This document shows positions 32,820-42,796 of a stretch of 64,000 bases of DNA, piece by piece (position 1 is the stretch's first letter; the number at the start of each line of letters is the position of its first letter). Made by a program: the position numbers and the translations under genes. The notes under the pieces were generated by a model, which worked only from the letters and a program-made list of their open reading frames with translations, was not told the origin of the DNA and did not search any database. Source of the DNA: Escherichia coli (GTDB lineage: Bacteria; Pseudomonadota; Gammaproteobacteria; Enterobacterales; Enterobacteriaceae); assembly GCF_024223415.1 (NCBI RefSeq), contig NZ_CP100500.1; one strand, written 5' to 3'.

Positions 32820-34325
32820 TCATGGCATGGCCATGAGCATTTTCACGTCCGCATCACCGTCTGCTGACGTCTGTGGCACGCCACCCTGTACCGCTGCCGG
32901 TGAATGGTTCGCCATGAAATGTTCAAACATGGCGGTTGTGGATGCAGAGACCGGTTCTGCCTTACCTGATCCCGCAGCCAGCACAGCCCGGGCGTTCTCC
33001 ACGGTCATTCCCGGGCAGGCAGCCAGCTGTTCAGCCTGCGCCTCAGCCCCTTTTGCCTCATCCAGGGCCATGATCTGATCACGGAGTGATGGTCCGGCAT
33101 CCGCCTGCGGTGAAGCTGCCAGGATCGGGCGGGCTTTTTCCACCGTCATCTCCGGCATCGCCGCCAGCGTTGCCGCCAGTTGTTCACGACCTTTCGCCTC
33201 TTCACACGCCATAATGCGATCGGCTTCACTCTGCGCGGATGCCACCGGCTGCTGTGGTGCCGCCGCGGCCAGGATCTCCCGGGCCTGTTCAACGCTCATG
33301 CCCTGTTGTCCCGCCAGCATCGTGGCAAGCTGTTCACGTCCTTTCGCTTCCTTACTCGTCAGGATCCCCATCACTCGCTGGTTCTCCTGCGCGGCGGCTT
33401 CCGTTGCAGTTAATTGCGGCATAGTGCCTCCTGTATCATGTGTGTACAGCGCCGTGGTCATCACACTGATGGCATCCGACGCATTGACTAATTCATCCGC
33501 CAGCCCGGCCTCAATGCCGGACTGACCTTCAAAAACGGCGGCCTCTGTTCCCGTGACCACATCCACAGACAGCCCGGTATACATCGCCACTTTTTCGGCA
33601 AACATCCGGTGTGCCGCATCAATGCGCTGCTGCATGTCCTGACGCACCTCTTCCGGTAAGGCTTCAAACTGATTGCCATCCACCTTGTGCGCCCCGGCAT
33701 AAATCAGCGTGATATCCACACCGGCCTGCGCCAGATGACCGGCATAGCTGAGATGGCTCATCATCACGCCAATGGAGCCGATACGGGATGTCTGGGTAAC
33801 CAGCCGTCGGGAGCAGGCCGACGCCAGCAGCATGGCTGCAGAACAGGCCGTGTCATTGCACAGTGCCCAGACCGGCTTCTGCTGACGGAGGCGGTAAATC
33901 ATGTCAGCGCAGTCAAACGCGCCTGCGACCTGCCCGCCCGGACTGTCAATGTCCAGCAGTACGCCCCGGACAGCGGTGTCCGCCATTGCCTGCTGAAGAC
34001 AGGCGACAATGCCGTCATAGCCTGTCATTCCGGAAAATGGCCGCATACCACCCAGCCGGTGCACCAGCATGCCGGTCACCGGCAGTACAGCAATACCGTT
34101 CACCACCCGGTAAACACGGGCCGGTCGTTTACCTCCGGCCATGTACTCGTCCGTTTCAGCCAGCATTCCGGGAGCATCAAGCTGTACCTGCTGTTGTGGT
34201 ACCGAAAGACTTGCTGCCCCCATCTCGCGCCCGAGCGCGCAAAAGAAAACCCGCGCATAGGCGGGCTCCAGAAGCAGCGGTTCATTGAATGCTGCGGCAA
34301 TAATGTGTGAAAGATTACGTCTCAC
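32820..34325 (-). CDS. Head maturation protease / scaffold C (S49 ClpP-like) with internal EAKGxEQL repeats
   Basis: 501 aa; lambda gpC-like; three repeats of an approx 35-aa segment. Confidence 0.88.
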   Translation of the reverse strand: MRRNLSHIIAAAFNEPLLLEPAYARVFFCALGREMGAASLSVPQQQVQLDAPGMLAETDEYMAGGKRPARVYRVVNGIAVLPVTGMLVHRLGGMRPFSGMTGYDGIVACLQQAMADTAVRGVLLDIDSPGGQVAGAFDCADMIYRLRQQKPVWALCNDTACSAAMLLASACSRRLVTQTSRIGSIGVMMSHLSYAGHLAQAGVDITLIYAGAHKVDGNQFEALPEEVRQDMQQRIDAAHRMFAEKVAMYTGLSVDVVTGTEAAVFEGQSGIEAGLADELVNASDAISVMTTALYTHDTGGTMPQLTATEAAAQENQRVMGILTSKEAKGREQLATMLAGQQGMSVEQAREILAAAAPQQPVASAQSEADRIMACEEAKGREQLAATLAAMPEMTVEKARPILAASPQADAGPSLRDQIMALDEAKGAEAQAEQLAACPGMTVENARAVLAAGSGKAEPVSASTTAMFEHFMANHSPAAVQGGVPQTSADGDADVKMLMAMP

Positions 34326-35907
34326 GTGGTGTTGTCTCCTCTTCCGGCCTGCGACTCGCCGCTATCTGCTGCTGATACGCCTGCGCTATCCACACCGGAC
34401 GTGAGAGTCCGGCTTTTTCCCGCTCTGCAGATTCCCTGACCTGCTGGCGGAAAATGTCCTGATAATCCTCACCCATCAGCGCCAGCTCTTTCTCATACGT
34501 GCTCAGTCCGGCCTCAATGCGCATCACCGATTCCTGGACCTCCTTGAGCCCGTCAATGGCCATTCTTCCGGCTCCAATCCACTCTGCCCGTGACCAGGAT
34601 GAACGCGCCTGATAAAAATCAAAACGCGCCCGTGGCGGACGAATAATCCCCCGCAGAAGAGCCTCTTCCAGCCAGCAGGAAAACATCTGCGTGGCCAGCC
34701 GGGCCGCAATAAATTTTCGCCGCCCCATAAAATAGCGCCACGACTCATTGGCGGAGGCGCGGGCACTTGAATAACTGACCTTCGAGTAATCACGGGACAA
34801 CTGTTCGTAGGAAACGCCAAGACCGGCGGCGATATACCGCAGCAGCGCCTGTTCAAGCGCAGAAAATCCATTGTCTGAATCCTGCGCAGTCTGTAGTTTC
34901 AGATCATCACCGGGGAAAAGGTGCGGAATTTTGACACCGCCCAGTGTCACGTTATTCGTGTCATACCAGCTGGAGAACTTCTCCAGAATATTAATAAGCG
35001 GATTATCCTTCTGCCCCTCCGGCGCACCGGCGATATATTCAAAGGCCTTTTCGGTATCAAGTTCACTTTCAATCGTCGCTGCATACATCGCCTTCACTAT
35101 GGCTGACTGAAGCTGTGTTGCCTGCAGGGAATCGAGCATTTTCAGCCGTTCCATGACGCTGTAAAACTGATTAGCCCCACGGGTCTGCCCGTCCTCAACC
35201 GGCTCGAAAATATGCAGCATGGCCGGACGCCCGGTGGGAAGTTCACGCGGGATCCGTTCCCATCGTCCACTACCAGAGAGCGGAAAATCATCCTCACAGA
35301 TATGGTACGCAACGGCCCGTCCATGCCGATCGACCTCCACCCCGGCCCGCAGAAAGCGGTTCCCCATACCGTGTCCAGGCGTGTCCACCCGTTTCGGACT
35401 CACGGCTTTAAAACGCGTACGAAACAGCTGCGTAGTCTCCGCATCCCAGACCGGCTGCACAAAGATTTCGCCGTTAAACGCATGAACGCCCACGCCTTCC
35501 CGGATAAATTCCGTGAACGTGCGTTTTCCTTCCACGTCGATCTCGCCAGACATCCCTTCGGCGTATTCCGACCAGGCCGCCTCCACCTCATCGACAAAGC
35601 TTTTTGCTGCGGTCTCCCGCATCCCCAGCCAGCGCCAGTTCGGACGGTAGCTGATCAGAAACATATGCCCGACTATGTGATCCTTATGCAGGGCCACCGC
35701 ATTAGCCGCTATTCCGTTATTGCGCACCAGATCATCTGCCCGGGCATTCCCCAGACGCAACGCGGGCAGCAGGGCCGCATCGACACTCTGCGCCGGTGGC
35801 AACCACTCCGCCATTTGCCCGCCAAATCCTGCGCCGCCCCCGTTGTAGCTGAGACTCTCACGAAGCGGAACGCCGTTCACATCAATCAGGACAGGCGTTC
35901 TTTTCAT
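34315..35907 (-). CDS. Portal protein B
   Basis: 530 aa; lambda gpB-like. Confidence 0.92.
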   Translation of the reverse strand: MKRTPVLIDVNGVPLRESLSYNGGGAGFGGQMAEWLPPAQSVDAALLPALRLGNARADDLVRNNGIAANAVALHKDHIVGHMFLISYRPNWRWLGMRETAAKSFVDEVEAAWSEYAEGMSGEIDVEGKRTFTEFIREGVGVHAFNGEIFVQPVWDAETTQLFRTRFKAVSPKRVDTPGHGMGNRFLRAGVEVDRHGRAVAYHICEDDFPLSGSGRWERIPRELPTGRPAMLHIFEPVEDGQTRGANQFYSVMERLKMLDSLQATQLQSAIVKAMYAATIESELDTEKAFEYIAGAPEGQKDNPLINILEKFSSWYDTNNVTLGGVKIPHLFPGDDLKLQTAQDSDNGFSALEQALLRYIAAGLGVSYEQLSRDYSKVSYSSARASANESWRYFMGRRKFIAARLATQMFSCWLEEALLRGIIRPPRARFDFYQARSSWSRAEWIGAGRMAIDGLKEVQESVMRIEAGLSTYEKELALMGEDYQDIFRQQVRESAEREKAGLSRPVWIAQAYQQQIAASRRPEEETTPRET

Positions 35908-36110
35908 AACCTCACTCCCAGCGGACGACGGCGACGTCGGGTTGTCCCCAGTACCGACTCCGCATCATTGATCGCCCGGTTAAGCTCATCCAGAGAAGCC
36001 GCCGTATATTCAATTCTGCGACCATCTTTCTGGACAGACACCACCCGTTTACCGGTTAATAAATCAAGGCGCGCCTGACGCAGCGCCTGCAGTTCAGCGA
36101 CTGTAACCAT
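35904..36110 (-). CDS. Head-tail joining protein W
   Basis: 68 aa; lambda gpW-like (..LTGKRVVSVQKDGRRIEYTAAS..). Confidence 0.88.
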   Translation of the reverse strand: MVTVAELQALRQARLDLLTGKRVVSVQKDGRRIEYTAASLDELNRAINDAESVLGTTRRRRRPLGVRL

Positions 36111-38022
36111 TCACTCCTCCGGACAGCTTCGCTGCCAGTTCTTTAAGGGTTGGCCGGGTCGTCTCTTCTTCCCGGGATTTTGCCAGTACAGCCAGATCAA
36201 GCTGCCAGCGTTGCACGGACACACGTAATGCCGCGTAGGCATACACCAGGCAGTCCAGCGCTTCGTTACGCCGCTTTTTGTTATCCCACAGCAGACGCAT
36301 CTTTCCTTTTTCCCACTTCTCCACAAGCTCTTCCGCGACCAGTTGCTGCGCCTCTGTCTGCGAAAAAATCTCCGGATCATCAGGAAAACGGATGGCATAC
36401 GACGTGGATTCATCCGCAGGCGTGGGAGCGGCTTTCATACGGGCATAGAGAATTTCTTTTGCGGTGTCCGTCCCCACTTCACACAGATACACGCCCCGCT
36501 GATTGCGGGTTTTTGGCATGGTGATCACCGGCTTGCCATAGACAGATGCGCCTTTTACCGGCAGCACCCGGAAAACACCGTGTTTTTTTGACCTCTGATA
36601 AACGATTTCGCCATCGATCCCCCCGATGTCCCAGCAGACACGGGAAATGGTCATTTCGGTTCCGTCTGCATGGCAGTATTTTTTGTTGATCGCCGCATCC
36701 ACACGTAACAGCGTCTCTTCCTCATCGGGACGTCCCATAATGATGATTTTATCCACCAGAAAGGCTTCCTCTCCCGGAGCCCATCCCCAGACATACATCT
36801 CAAAACGGTTTCGCTGCGAGTCAATGCCCGCCGTCAGATAAACCACCCGGGCAGGCACCGCCGCCGTGTAACGCACAACCTTATCCATCAGTACCTGGTG
36901 ATCGAGTTTTTCGCCCACGGCCTCTTCCCAGGTCTCGCCCAGCGTGGTGTTCACAAAGGTTTTCAGGCCGTTGGGATCTTTCAGTGCATCCAGCCAGTCA
37001 TAGACTATCTGTACCCAGGTGGTGAACGGACTGTACGCCGTCCAGATATGGAAAGTGATGGAGCGCGGCGGCGGAATTTCATCACCCCGGGCGCTGAAAA
37101 ACGTCAGACCGTCACGGGTCCACATCCCCGTGTTTTCACAGATCCACCGCCCGTTACTCTGGTCAAGCTCAGACTGATGGATCACACAGCCATGATGCTC
37201 ACAAAGGTAGAAAACACTTTCTGGCTTATTCTTCTCCCACTTAAGACCGAAAGCCGAGGCATCATCACCAAATTTCAGATACTGCTCCTCCCCACAGTGC
37301 GGACAGGGCACATAAAAACGCATGAAATGTGCCGACTCGTTAGCGGCTTTTTCGATCTGGCAGGAGCCTTTGATTTTAGGCGTCGAGCCGCGAATGGATT
37401 TTGGCCATACAGAGCCCTCAATACGCTTATCCCCCAGCAGGGTTGGCGAGCCCTCTTTTTCAACATCAGGTTCAAACGATGAGAGTTCGTCATAGCAGAC
37501 CACGTCCACGGATTTTTCACGGTAGTTTTTGGCGGCAGCGCCGCCCAGGCACCAGAAACCGACGCCCGATGAAAAGCGTTTCAGCGTGAGGGTATTATCA
37601 CGATGTTTACGACCCAGCCATGGGGAAAGGTCTTTCAGGCATGGCACGTCCCTAATCGTCGTCTCCACGTGAGACTTCATAAAATCTTCAGCGGCAGAAT
37701 CCGTGGGCTGAAAAAGCAGACTGTTTCGGGATTTATGCTCAATAAAATACCCGACCACCCCCAGCAACATCTTTGTATAACCAATACGGGCAGATTTAAT
37801 CAGATTAACAGTGCGGATCAGGTCATTACCCATACTGTTCATGATGGCGATCTGGAACGGCAGCGTTTTCCATTCGCCGTCACCGTATGAGGATTCTTTA
37901 GGCAGATAATAATACTGGTCAGCCCATTCAACTGCCGTCATCGGTACAACCCTGACCAGAGGCTGCAGCGCAACCGAAACGGCAGCCATCAGATTATTCA
38001 GTTGTTGCTCTGATATATTCAT
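36094..38022 (-). CDS. Terminase large subunit A
   Basis: ATG at 38022 gives MNISEQQLNNL..; lambda gpA-like over full length. Confidence 0.93.
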   Translation of the reverse strand: MNISEQQLNNLMAAVSVALQPLVRVVPMTAVEWADQYYYLPKESSYGDGEWKTLPFQIAIMNSMGNDLIRTVNLIKSARIGYTKMLLGVVGYFIEHKSRNSLLFQPTDSAAEDFMKSHVETTIRDVPCLKDLSPWLGRKHRDNTLTLKRFSSGVGFWCLGGAAAKNYREKSVDVVCYDELSSFEPDVEKEGSPTLLGDKRIEGSVWPKSIRGSTPKIKGSCQIEKAANESAHFMRFYVPCPHCGEEQYLKFGDDASAFGLKWEKNKPESVFYLCEHHGCVIHQSELDQSNGRWICENTGMWTRDGLTFFSARGDEIPPPRSITFHIWTAYSPFTTWVQIVYDWLDALKDPNGLKTFVNTTLGETWEEAVGEKLDHQVLMDKVVRYTAAVPARVVYLTAGIDSQRNRFEMYVWGWAPGEEAFLVDKIIIMGRPDEEETLLRVDAAINKKYCHADGTEMTISRVCWDIGGIDGEIVYQRSKKHGVFRVLPVKGASVYGKPVITMPKTRNQRGVYLCEVGTDTAKEILYARMKAAPTPADESTSYAIRFPDDPEIFSQTEAQQLVAEELVEKWEKGKMRLLWDNKKRRNEALDCLVYAYAALRVSVQRWQLDLAVLAKSREEETTRPTLKELAAKLSGGVNGYSR

Positions 38023-38503
38023 CCAGCAAATCCGGTAATTTATCCCCTGCCCGCGCACACTGATTTGCCCCCTTCGCAATAAGGGTTTTCAGATGGTCAA
38101 GATGGCGCGGTGTTAAATCAGGAAACTGTCGTTGCATGGATAAAGGGATGGAATCAAGCGTACTGGATAACGCCATTGCCAGCTTGCTGAGGGCAAAAAT
38201 ACAGAATCCGGTGTCAATAAGTTTTCCTTTTGACACCTCATTTTTTAACTGCTGTGTAACAGCCTGTTCTGCTGTCAGTTCCCATCTGGCAATAAGCAAT
38301 TTCTCCTCATAGTCGTCTTCGCTATCGCCATCAGGCACATCGTTTTTACTTCTTCTCAGATACGATATGTAAAAATCACGCCAGGCATCCAGATCCAGTT
38401 GCCCTCGCTTATTCGATATCGGGGCACCCGGCAATTTCTGCAGTCTGCGAAGCTGGCGATCGGTCAGACTCAAATGCCTGGCAACTTCAGTCTGCGTAGC
38501 CAC
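37994..38503 (-). CDS. Terminase small subunit Nu1
   Basis: 169 aa; N-terminal HTH, C-terminal ..CIFALSKLAMALSSTLDSIPLSMQRQFPDL.. like lambda Nu1. Confidence 0.88.
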   Translation of the reverse strand: MATQTEVARHLSLTDRQLRRLQKLPGAPISNKRGQLDLDAWRDFYISYLRRSKNDVPDGDSEDDYEEKLLIARWELTAEQAVTQQLKNEVSKGKLIDTGFCIFALSKLAMALSSTLDSIPLSMQRQFPDLTPRHLDHLKTLIAKGANQCARAGDKLPDLLDEYIRATTE

Positions 38504-38570
38504 TGTTCACCTCGCAAAAAATCTCCCCTCATGCGTTTTAAACATGCATCTTGCGAGCAACTTTATGCAA

Positions 38571-38667
38571 ACGCACGCATATGTCCGGTTTGTTTGTACA
38601 TTTTTTGCACATGTCCGGTTCGCAGAAAGCATGTTTTTATATTTTTCATATAGTTAACTTGCAGAGA
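38571..38667. promoter_or_regulatory. cosB: three terminase R-element repeats (ATGTCCGGTT x2 direct, x1 inverted)
   Basis: Repeats at 38571-38580, 38601-38610 and inverted at 38658-38667 between cosN and Nu1. Confidence 0.6.
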
Positions 38668-38715
38668 AACCGGACATGGATCCCGGAAAATTTTCATAAA
38701 TAGCGAAAACGCGCG

Positions 38716-38727
38716 AGGTCGACGCCC
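38716..38727 (-). other. cosN cohesive-end site (GGGCGTCGACCT, one mismatch to lambda GGGCGGCGACCT)
   Basis: Minus-strand ACGGGGCGTCGACCTCGCGCGTTTTCGCTATTTATGAAAATTTTCCGG closely matches remembered lambda cos. Confidence 0.8.
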
Positions 38728-38878
38728 CGTAACCTGTTGGATCGCCGGAAAGGACCCGAAAAAAACGAGAATAATTATCACTTACAGCAAGAATCGAATC
38801 TGATCTATTCTGATGCTTGCTATTATGTGCCGGCACAAGTGCGTCGTTTACCGTCATTTCACACAGAGGCATCATCAA

Positions 38879-39130
38879 ATGAAAATCAGAAATATTCTCG
38901 CTATCTCCCTTGCAACATCATCCTTCAGTTGCCTGGCATTTAAACCCTCGCCCAATGTGCTACCAGGACCAACGAATCAACTAACTGCGGTAGAAAGTAA
39001 AATTATCGGACATTTTTATGCCCCACACAGTGCATTACCCGGAACAACCATCACAGGGACATGTGACGCCTCCCCCATTCCGGGATGCACCTGTCCGTTT
39101 TGTACTATGCTGCGTAGCCAAAACCGATAA
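38879..39130 (+). CDS. Small secreted cysteine-rich protein at the bor position (opposite strand to late operon)
   Basis: ATG at 38879 gives 83 aa with signal peptide MKIRNILAISLATSSFSCLA and C-terminal CxxxxxxxCxCxxC cluster. Confidence 0.5.
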   Translation: MKIRNILAISLATSSFSCLAFKPSPNVLPGPTNQLTAVESKIIGHFYAPHSALPGTTITGTCDASPIPGCTCPFCTMLRSQNR

Positions 39131-39373
39131 CATCCGCATTTACCTGGTATTCCATGATGAGTTCACGCAGCGACTGATAGAGTAAGGAAAGATGGTTAGC
39201 AAAAGCAAAGGCGCATTGCCGCCGCATGCTGCAGGCATTGCAACAGACGAGAGCAGGTATTTTTGACCAGTTGGAAAACTGCCAGCATACTTTGCCCGAG
39301 CATATCGCCATCTCATCGGAAACCAGTGCAACTCTTATTCATCGGGTTACACCAGAGAAAAAGAAGAAATGAA

Positions 39374-39400
39374 CAGTGAGGCGTTGTGTGGCATACAACG
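39374..39400. terminator. Hairpin GGCGTTGTGTGGCATACAACGCC, likely terminator between convergent cargo genes
   Basis: 9-bp perfect stem with T-rich flank. Confidence 0.45.
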
Positions 39401-39494
39401 CCTTCTTCCATCATTTCTCGTCAGCCATGACAAAAATATAACCGCTGGCTCTTTCATTTTTCTCCTGCTTCCAGCCCCTCTCTACCTGGAAGCA

Positions 39495-39821
39495 TCAGGG
39501 ACGTGATGGCGTAAAGATAAATTGTCTCTTCACTCCCTGACGGGGACTATTCTTTTCAAATCTCCATTTCGCCATGGCCTTCACCACTTCATCACGAAAC
39601 AAATTATGAGGCTCTGAGCGGAGAAAAACGATCCGTGTCACAGTCCCGTCAGCACCAATATCGAACTTAACCTCAACCAGCCCCTTGATATAATTTGCTG
39701 CAGCATATTCCGGATATCGTGGATACACCGTCACTAATTGCCGGGGCTCATCAGCTTTTTGCTGCGAGCATCCCACTGCCAGGGCAGATAACAGAAAAAG
39801 TAGTGAAAGGCGTCTTTTCAT
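39495..39821 (-). CDS. Lipoprotein consisting of a TonB C-terminal-like domain
   Basis: ATG at 39821 (AGGA RBS) gives 108 aa: lipobox LAVGC then ..YPRYPEYAAANYIKGLVEVKFDIGADGTVTRIVFLRS.. resembling TonB_C. Confidence 0.6.
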   Translation of the reverse strand: MKRRLSLLFLLSALAVGCSQQKADEPRQLVTVYPRYPEYAAANYIKGLVEVKFDIGADGTVTRIVFLRSEPHNLFRDEVVKAMAKWRFEKNSPRQGVKRQFIFTPSRP

Positions 39822-40453
39822 TTTTATTCCTACGGGTCTTATTCTGACAATATATCCTGTGTTCCAGACTGCCACATCACCACATCCTGTGCCATTATCT
39901 GACTCACATTACATACATCGCATCAGGATACAGTAGTAGCACTTTCTGTAATACAGCTTCCGGTTTCTTCCACCATCGCACCGGACTGGCGAGCATGAGG
40001 GACAAACCCGCGAACCATAAACGCGGTAAAAACCCGGTGTGCATCGTTTTTGATTATTCCCGCACACTCGCGCAGAAGGAGTTCCCCGTCGGGCTACGGT
40101 CATGGTTAATGCGGGAATACAGCGACGATACAGCGCATGATGTGTCAGGCTTGAATACCTTTATCCGTTAAAAGGGATATCAGTTAAGTTATCCCGTGTA
40201 GGGTATAAGCCATTATCAAAGCCACTCTGTAGGGAGTGGCTTTTGTAATGGCAATAAAAAAGCCCCGCGAATGCGAGGCTAAATCCAGGTATTTTTAATG
40301 ACTGGCTCTTATCTCAACGCAGCCCCTTACCGCGCGCCAGATGCTCAATATCAAGCATCAGCAATGAGATGTTTAATCTGGATTCACTCCAGAAGTGATC
40401 ACCACCCTGTCTACAGAGCCAGATGTGAAGGATGATGAGTAAAATTATCGCTA

Positions 40454-40921
40454 TCATCGAAGGCATTGCGTCCTGATGTATTCCTGAAGCGTTCTCAGTG
40501 CTGTTTGGTCGCGGATAATTCCGTCCCGGACACCGAGAACGTTTCGTCCAGCAACTGGAGAGAGTTCGACGGTGGCATCATTGCCCATGCCGGAGGCGCT
40601 GGAGGTTTCGGCTGAGGATGGCACAGGGCATTTTCCTTTGACGAGCACCCTGCCACCATTATCAAGCTTGCGCCGAAGAGCATCATTTTCAGCTTTCGCA
40701 TCAGCTAACTCCTTCGTGTATTTTGCATCGAGCGCAGCAACATCACGCTGACGCTGCTGCATGTCAGCGATGGTGGCGGTCGCCTGCTTCAGCTCACTGA
40801 CTTTTTTATCACGTTGTTCTTTGTAGGCTATGGCGTTATCACGGTAATGATTGACCGCCAACGACAGGCAGACGATGATGCAGATAACCAGAGCATAAAT
40901 AATCGCGGCGACTCTGCTCAC
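40454..40921 (-). CDS. Spanin inner-membrane subunit Rz
   Basis: GTG at 40921 gives (M)[29 protein letters not shown].. matching lambda Rz. Confidence 0.88.
   Translation of the reverse strand: MSRVAAIIYALVICIIVCLSLAVNHYRDNAIAYKEQRDKKVSELKQATATIADMQQRQRDVAALDAKYTKELADAKAENDALRRKLDNGGRVLVKGKCPVPSSAETSSASGMGNDATVELSPVAGRNVLGVRDGIIRDQTALRTLQEYIRTQCLR
40495..40701 (-). CDS. Spanin outer-membrane lipoprotein Rz1 (embedded in Rz, +1 frame)
   Basis: [21 protein letters not shown].. with proline-rich PKPPAPPAW, like lambda Rz1. Confidence 0.85.
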   Translation of the reverse strand: MRKLKMMLFGASLIMVAGCSSKENALCHPQPKPPAPPAWAMMPPSNSLQLLDETFSVSGTELSATKQH

Positions 40922-41451
40922 TGATCTATCCCCCAACAGGCTAATGCGCTTTCCTGGTCACGACGAATAACCTGTCCATAGCAGTTATTTGAACGGATAC
41001 GGCAGTCACGCCCACCATCCTTTATCCACCAGCGAATCGCCTCGCAGGCGCCTTTTCGATCACCGGCATTAAGCCGCTTATAAAACGTCGACGGGAAACA
41101 CTTACCGGGGCCAATGTTATAGGGACAGAATGACGCAATACCCGCTTTCTGTGGTTCGGTCAGAGGTACTTTAATATTGCGCTCCACCCATGCCAGTGCC
41201 TTATCACGTTCAATAGCGTTAACCTGGTCGCATTTTTCCTTCGACAGCTTCATTCCGGGAAAAACGGGTTTTCCATCCACCATCGTGGCACCCCGACAGA
41301 TGGTCCAGATGCCGGACCCATCGCGGTATGCCGTTGTGTGGTTACCCTCTTTTTCGTCCAGAAACTGATCAAGTATCTGAGGAGCAGATGCGCCAGCACC
41401 AATCAGCGCCAGAACGGCAGCCGACAGGCCGTATCTGATTTTTGCGTTCAT
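40918..41451 (-). CDS. SAR endolysin (T4-lysozyme-like GH24 with signal-arrest-release N-terminus)
   Basis: 177 aa; N-terminal weakly hydrophobic Gly/Ala-rich segment; resembles phage 21 R-type lysozyme. Confidence 0.82.
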   Translation of the reverse strand: MNAKIRYGLSAAVLALIGAGASAPQILDQFLDEKEGNHTTAYRDGSGIWTICRGATMVDGKPVFPGMKLSKEKCDQVNAIERDKALAWVERNIKVPLTEPQKAGIASFCPYNIGPGKCFPSTFYKRLNAGDRKGACEAIRWWIKDGGRDCRIRSNNCYGQVIRRDQESALACWGIDQ

Positions 41452-41574
41452 GTATATTTATCAGGATCTAAAGGTTTATAACCCTGGATATATCAGGTAT
41501 ATAATCCAGTACCAGCATGTCTCATAAACATACCCGTTCAGGAAAACCAAACGACAACAGATGAGGCTTCAGAA

Positions 41575-41952
41575 ATGAACAGTAAAGAAAATTTGCGCAG
41601 TAGATTTTTGCAACTAATGACAGAAAAAGTTAAATCAGCGCTACTTCCACTTATGGTGGATAATAACGAAGCAACGAGCAGCATCCTTGCAGACCCTTAC
41701 GGTAAACTCTCGCATAAAACGCTGGATATTATTATGAGTGCATTAACACCCCGTATGCTTCAACACCTGAAACAAGATATTAACGCATGGGTGAATGAAG
41801 AATTGAGCCCCCCCTGTTCATGGGACAGACATTATGCATGGCAGCAAAAAATGAGGATTTTCAATTCATTATCACTAAAGTTCAGAGAACCGAAACAGCG
41901 TCCCTTCCCTCTGGAATCAGACAAAAAACAACCTGATCCCACAGGCCCGTAA
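41575..41952 (+). CDS. Hypothetical protein encoded on opposite strand between holin and endolysin
   Basis: 125 aa ORF with GAGG RBS and AT-rich promoter-like upstream; inverted-repeat hairpin downstream. Confidence 0.55.
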   Translation: MNSKENLRSRFLQLMTEKVKSALLPLMVDNNEATSSILADPYGKLSHKTLDIIMSALTPRMLQHLKQDINAWVNEELSPPCSWDRHYAWQQKMRIFNSLSLKFREPKQRPFPLESDKKQPDPTGP

Positions 41953-42108
41953 TATTTTGAATACCGTGATTATTGATATCACAATGAAAGCTATTCCGCA
42001 CAGTTATGCCCTGCTCCCCACGGGGCATGCCTCATGAAACGTTCCGGGCGTTTCATGTTCCCGGATTTTGTTAAAAGGTATATTATCCCCTCACTCCCGG
42101 GATATTCG

Positions 42109-42381
42109 TCATATTTCTTTTGGTGCCTTTTTCGCAATCTCAGCCACAGCATGTGCCGTAGCCGGAACATTACCGGCATTAGTTCGTTCCAGAATTTCGA
42201 GCAATATGCGGGTTCGTTTTTCCTGCTCCCGTTTGTTAAGGCGATAAGTAAGAACGCCAAGAATGATACTGAACGCCACGCCGATAATAAATCCCCAATC
42301 CTGCAGTGACAGGCTGGCAAAGAACGCAACAAGTCCTGCGCTGCCGTATGCAGCGTTACTGTATCGTTCGTCCATTCTCAT
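42109..42381 (-). CDS. Pinholin-like class II holin
   Basis: 90 aa, two TM segments and charged C-terminus; pattern similar to S21; paired with SAR endolysin. Confidence 0.72.
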   Translation of the reverse strand: MRMDERYSNAAYGSAGLVAFFASLSLQDWGFIIGVAFSIILGVLTYRLNKREQEKRTRILLEILERTNAGNVPATAHAVAEIAKKAPKEI

Positions 42382-42796
42382 AGTCCCTCACCTCCGCCAT
42401 CCGACATTACGGACGGCAGCAAGTCAGAATCTCGTTATAAAAAAGCCGCACGAAGAGGCTGTTTGTTCAGGTATTTTATCCAGTGCGCCGTAAAACCCCG
42501 ACCTTCAGGGTGTGGAGGATGTCAACATCAATAACTGACATTCTGCCCAAAGCTCCCGAAGATTCCCTTTGCACAATTTCACTGACCGGATCTCAGCACA
42601 AGCCACAGGGAATGGTCAGTGTGACGCTCTCTGTGGCCCCTCCTGAAAAGCCCTGTGGTTTAATCGCGACGGACCTGGCGCGGATATGAAGCAGGCCGTG
42701 AGCACGAGCCTGGAAATTTAGTGCCGACTACCGGAATTGAAGTGGTGGCCTGATGGTTACAACTAAACTGTTCTGCCGACTGAGGTAAGTCGGCAC

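Noticed and set aside
35212-36078. 288-aa plus-strand ORF
   Set aside because: Antisense to the portal and W genes; shadow ORF.
42382-42721. Expected stxA/stxB between the tRNA cluster and the holin
   Set aside because: The interval is only about 340 bp and has no ORF resembling either Shiga toxin subunit; the single 68-aa ORF has no signal peptide or toxin features.
42722-42796. Third tRNA-like element (9-bp inverted terminal repeat GTGCCGACT..AGTCGGCAC with D-arm-like CTCAGTCGGCAGA)
   Set aside because: D-stem and T-stem cannot be paired and no CCA end; probably a degenerate tRNA remnant, so not called as a gene.
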